Positions 62,395-64,000 of a stretch of 64,000 bases of DNA are shown here, piece by piece. The stretch lies in NCBI GenBank assembly GCA_963825135.1, contig CAWGRW010000009.1:448001-512000 (forward strand). Reading direction: 5' to 3'. Below the pieces are notes generated by a model, which saw nothing but the letters and a program-made list of their open reading frames with translations, searched no databases and was not told the DNA's origin. The DNA comes from an uncultured bacterium (GTDB lineage Bacteria; Desulfobacterota_D; UBA1144; Nemesobacterales; UBA2774). Both the position numbers and the translations under genes were made by a program. Position 1 is the first letter of the stretch; every line of letters begins with the position of its first letter.

Positions 62395-62907
62395 ATGGGG
62401 CTTATCGCTTACGGTAAGATTACCAAATCCCACGGTCTATACGGAGGAGTGAGACTCCTGCCGTTCAGCCGCCGGTTTGAAAGTCTTAATTCTATTCAAA
62501 GAATCTTCATAGACAGGGCCCAGGGCCGTGAACCCGAGGGGTTTTACCTGAAGGAATGCAAGCCCGAAAAAGACTCGGCAATTATCAGGCTCGCGGGCGT
62601 CGAGACGATTGACGAAGCCGAGAAGCTCATAGGGAAAAACGTATACATAGAAAGGTCCGACCTCCCGGAGCTCGGGGAAGATGAATTTTACTGGTTCGAG
62701 CTTATAGGGCTCGAAATATACACGGAGGACGGCATGTACGTTGGAAAGGTCGAGGGTCTCATCGACAGGGCGCTCCAAAGCGTCCTCGTCGTAAAGGATG
62801 GGGACAAAGAATCCCTCATCCCGCTTTCCGAGCCGATAATTAAGGAAATTAATTTAAAGAAATCGAAAATAGTAATCTCCCCGATCGAAGGATTGTTAGT
62901 TGAGTAG
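62395..62907 (+). CDS. rimM: Ribosome maturation factor RimM
   Basis: GKITKSHGLYG, EFYWFELIGL, LIP; operon context. Confidence 0.95.
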   Translation: MGLIAYGKITKSHGLYGGVRLLPFSRRFESLNSIQRIFIDRAQGREPEGFYLKECKPEKDSAIIRLAGVETIDEAEKLIGKNVYIERSDLPELGEDEFYWFELIGLEIYTEDGMYVGKVEGLIDRALQSVLVVKDGDKESLIPLSEPIIKEINLKKSKIVISPIEGLLVE

Positions 62908-62940
62908 CGATCAAGACAGCTCGCCCCCGAATCATCTGCC

Positions 62941-64000
62941 ATGAAATTCGACATCCTGACCATATTCCCGGAATTCTTCGAATCCCCGTTCTCCCTCGGG
63001 ATTTTCAAGAAGGCGAGGGAGAAACATATCGTCGAGTTAAATACCCACGACATAAGGGACTATACCGAAGACAAACACAGGACCGTGGACGACTCGCCTT
63101 ACGGGGGAGGCGGCGGTATGCTCATGAAGCCGGGCCCCATAGGGAGGGCCGTAGAGGATATTAAGGACGGGGACGCGAGGTCTCTCGTCATCCTGACCTC
63201 GCCCGGAGGCGAAATATTCTCGGACGAGACCGCAAGGGAGCTCTCCGGATACGACCAGCTCGTAATCGTCTGCGGAAGGTACGAGGGCATCGACGAAAGG
63301 GTAAGGGAGCTTTACGTCGACAGAGAAATATCGATCGGGGATTACGTGCTTTCGGGCGGGGAATTCGCCGCTTCAGTCATCGTTGACAGCGTTGCGAGGC
63401 TAATTCCCGGATTCATGGGGAACGAGCAGTCCCCCGAATGCGATTCTTTCAGGGACTCGCTCCTCGAATACCCGCAGTACACGAGACCCGAGGACTATAT
63501 GGGCAAGAAGATCCCGGAAGTCCTTCTCTCCGGCAACCACAAGGAAATAGACGAATGGAGGAGAAGGGAAGGCATTAAGAGGACCTATCTCAGGAGACCA
63601 GACCTACTCGACAGGGCAACACTCACGTTAGACGATATAAGTGCCATTAACGATTTGAAAAAGGCTGACCGGCGTATTTTCAATGCCTATATTGCATTAG
63701 TGCATTATCCCGTATACAATAATCGGCTCACGATAATAACCACGGCGTTCACAAATCTGGACGTCCACGATATCTCGAGGGCCGGCAAAACGTACGGCAT
63801 CGAGAAATTTTACCTCGTTCAGCCCAATAGTGAGCAGCAAAGGCTGGTCGAGCGTGTACTCAGGCACTGGACCGAAGGAGAGGGACCCGGGTTGAACAGG
63901 TCGAGGGCGGAGGCGCTGGAATTCGTTGAAATTACAGATTCGCTCGAAGACGCGGTAAGGGATATTGAAAGAATTGAGGGCAAAAAGCCCAAGTTAGTCG
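62941..64000 (+). CDS. trmD: tRNA (guanine37-N1)-methyltransferase fused to a second SPOUT-type RNA methyltransferase domain (runs off window edge)
   Basis: MKFDILTIFPE, VDDSPYGGGGGM, CGRYEGIDER, SIGDYVLSGGE, LLEYPQYTRP, then in-frame IALVHYPVYN...TNLDVHDISR. Confidence 0.93.
   Translation, partial: MKFDILTIFPEFFESPFSLGIFKKAREKHIVELNTHDIRDYTEDKHRTVDDSPYGGGGGMLMKPGPIGRAVEDIKDGDARSLVILTSPGGEIFSDETARELSGYDQLVIVCGRYEGIDERVRELYVDREISIGDYVLSGGEFAASVIVDSVARLIPGFMGNEQSPECDSFRDSLLEYPQYTRPEDYMGKKIPEVLLSGNHKEIDEWRRREGIKRTYLRRPDLLDRATLTLDDISAINDLKKADRRIFNAYIALVHYPVYNNRLTIITTAFTNLDVHDISRAGKTYGIEKFYLVQPNSEQQRLVERVLRHWTEGEGPGLNRSRAEALEFVEITDSLEDAVRDIERIEGKKPKLV

Overview
Moderately GC-rich bacterial chromosome segment of mostly core genes. 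Gene content and protein style suggest a Desulfobacterota/Candidatus Dadabacteria-like organism (inference only). In order: DUF4239-like partial gene, quinone reductase, tatB, TamA/BamA; a single operon for a caa3-type oxidase plus Rieske/cytochrome b-c, convergent with NDH-2; degP divergent from two ECF sigma factors, an RskA-type anti-sigma, DUF547, a flavoprotein-polyferredoxin membrane fusion and a GT2; HlyD, NhaP and FUSC transport genes; DUF4396; an OGG2-like glycosylase; gatB, an HD-GYP regulator, carA, iorAB, nfi, gshB-gatCA and rsmI; a small AT-richer island at the 3' end of tRNA-Ser(TGA); an unknown class II aldolase-fold protein with a histidine phosphatase; plsC and a DAG kinase; rpsB-tsf-pyrH-frr; a PAS kinase; serS and archease; and ffh-rpsP-khpA-rimM-trmD (fused to a second methyltransferase). 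About nine small frameshifts, one in essential gatB, point to sequencing or assembly indels. The best candidate for an undescribed system is the ECF-controlled DUF547 / circularly permuted TrxR-like flavoprotein-polyferredoxin / GT2 module. All family calls come from motif recognition; no database searches were run.
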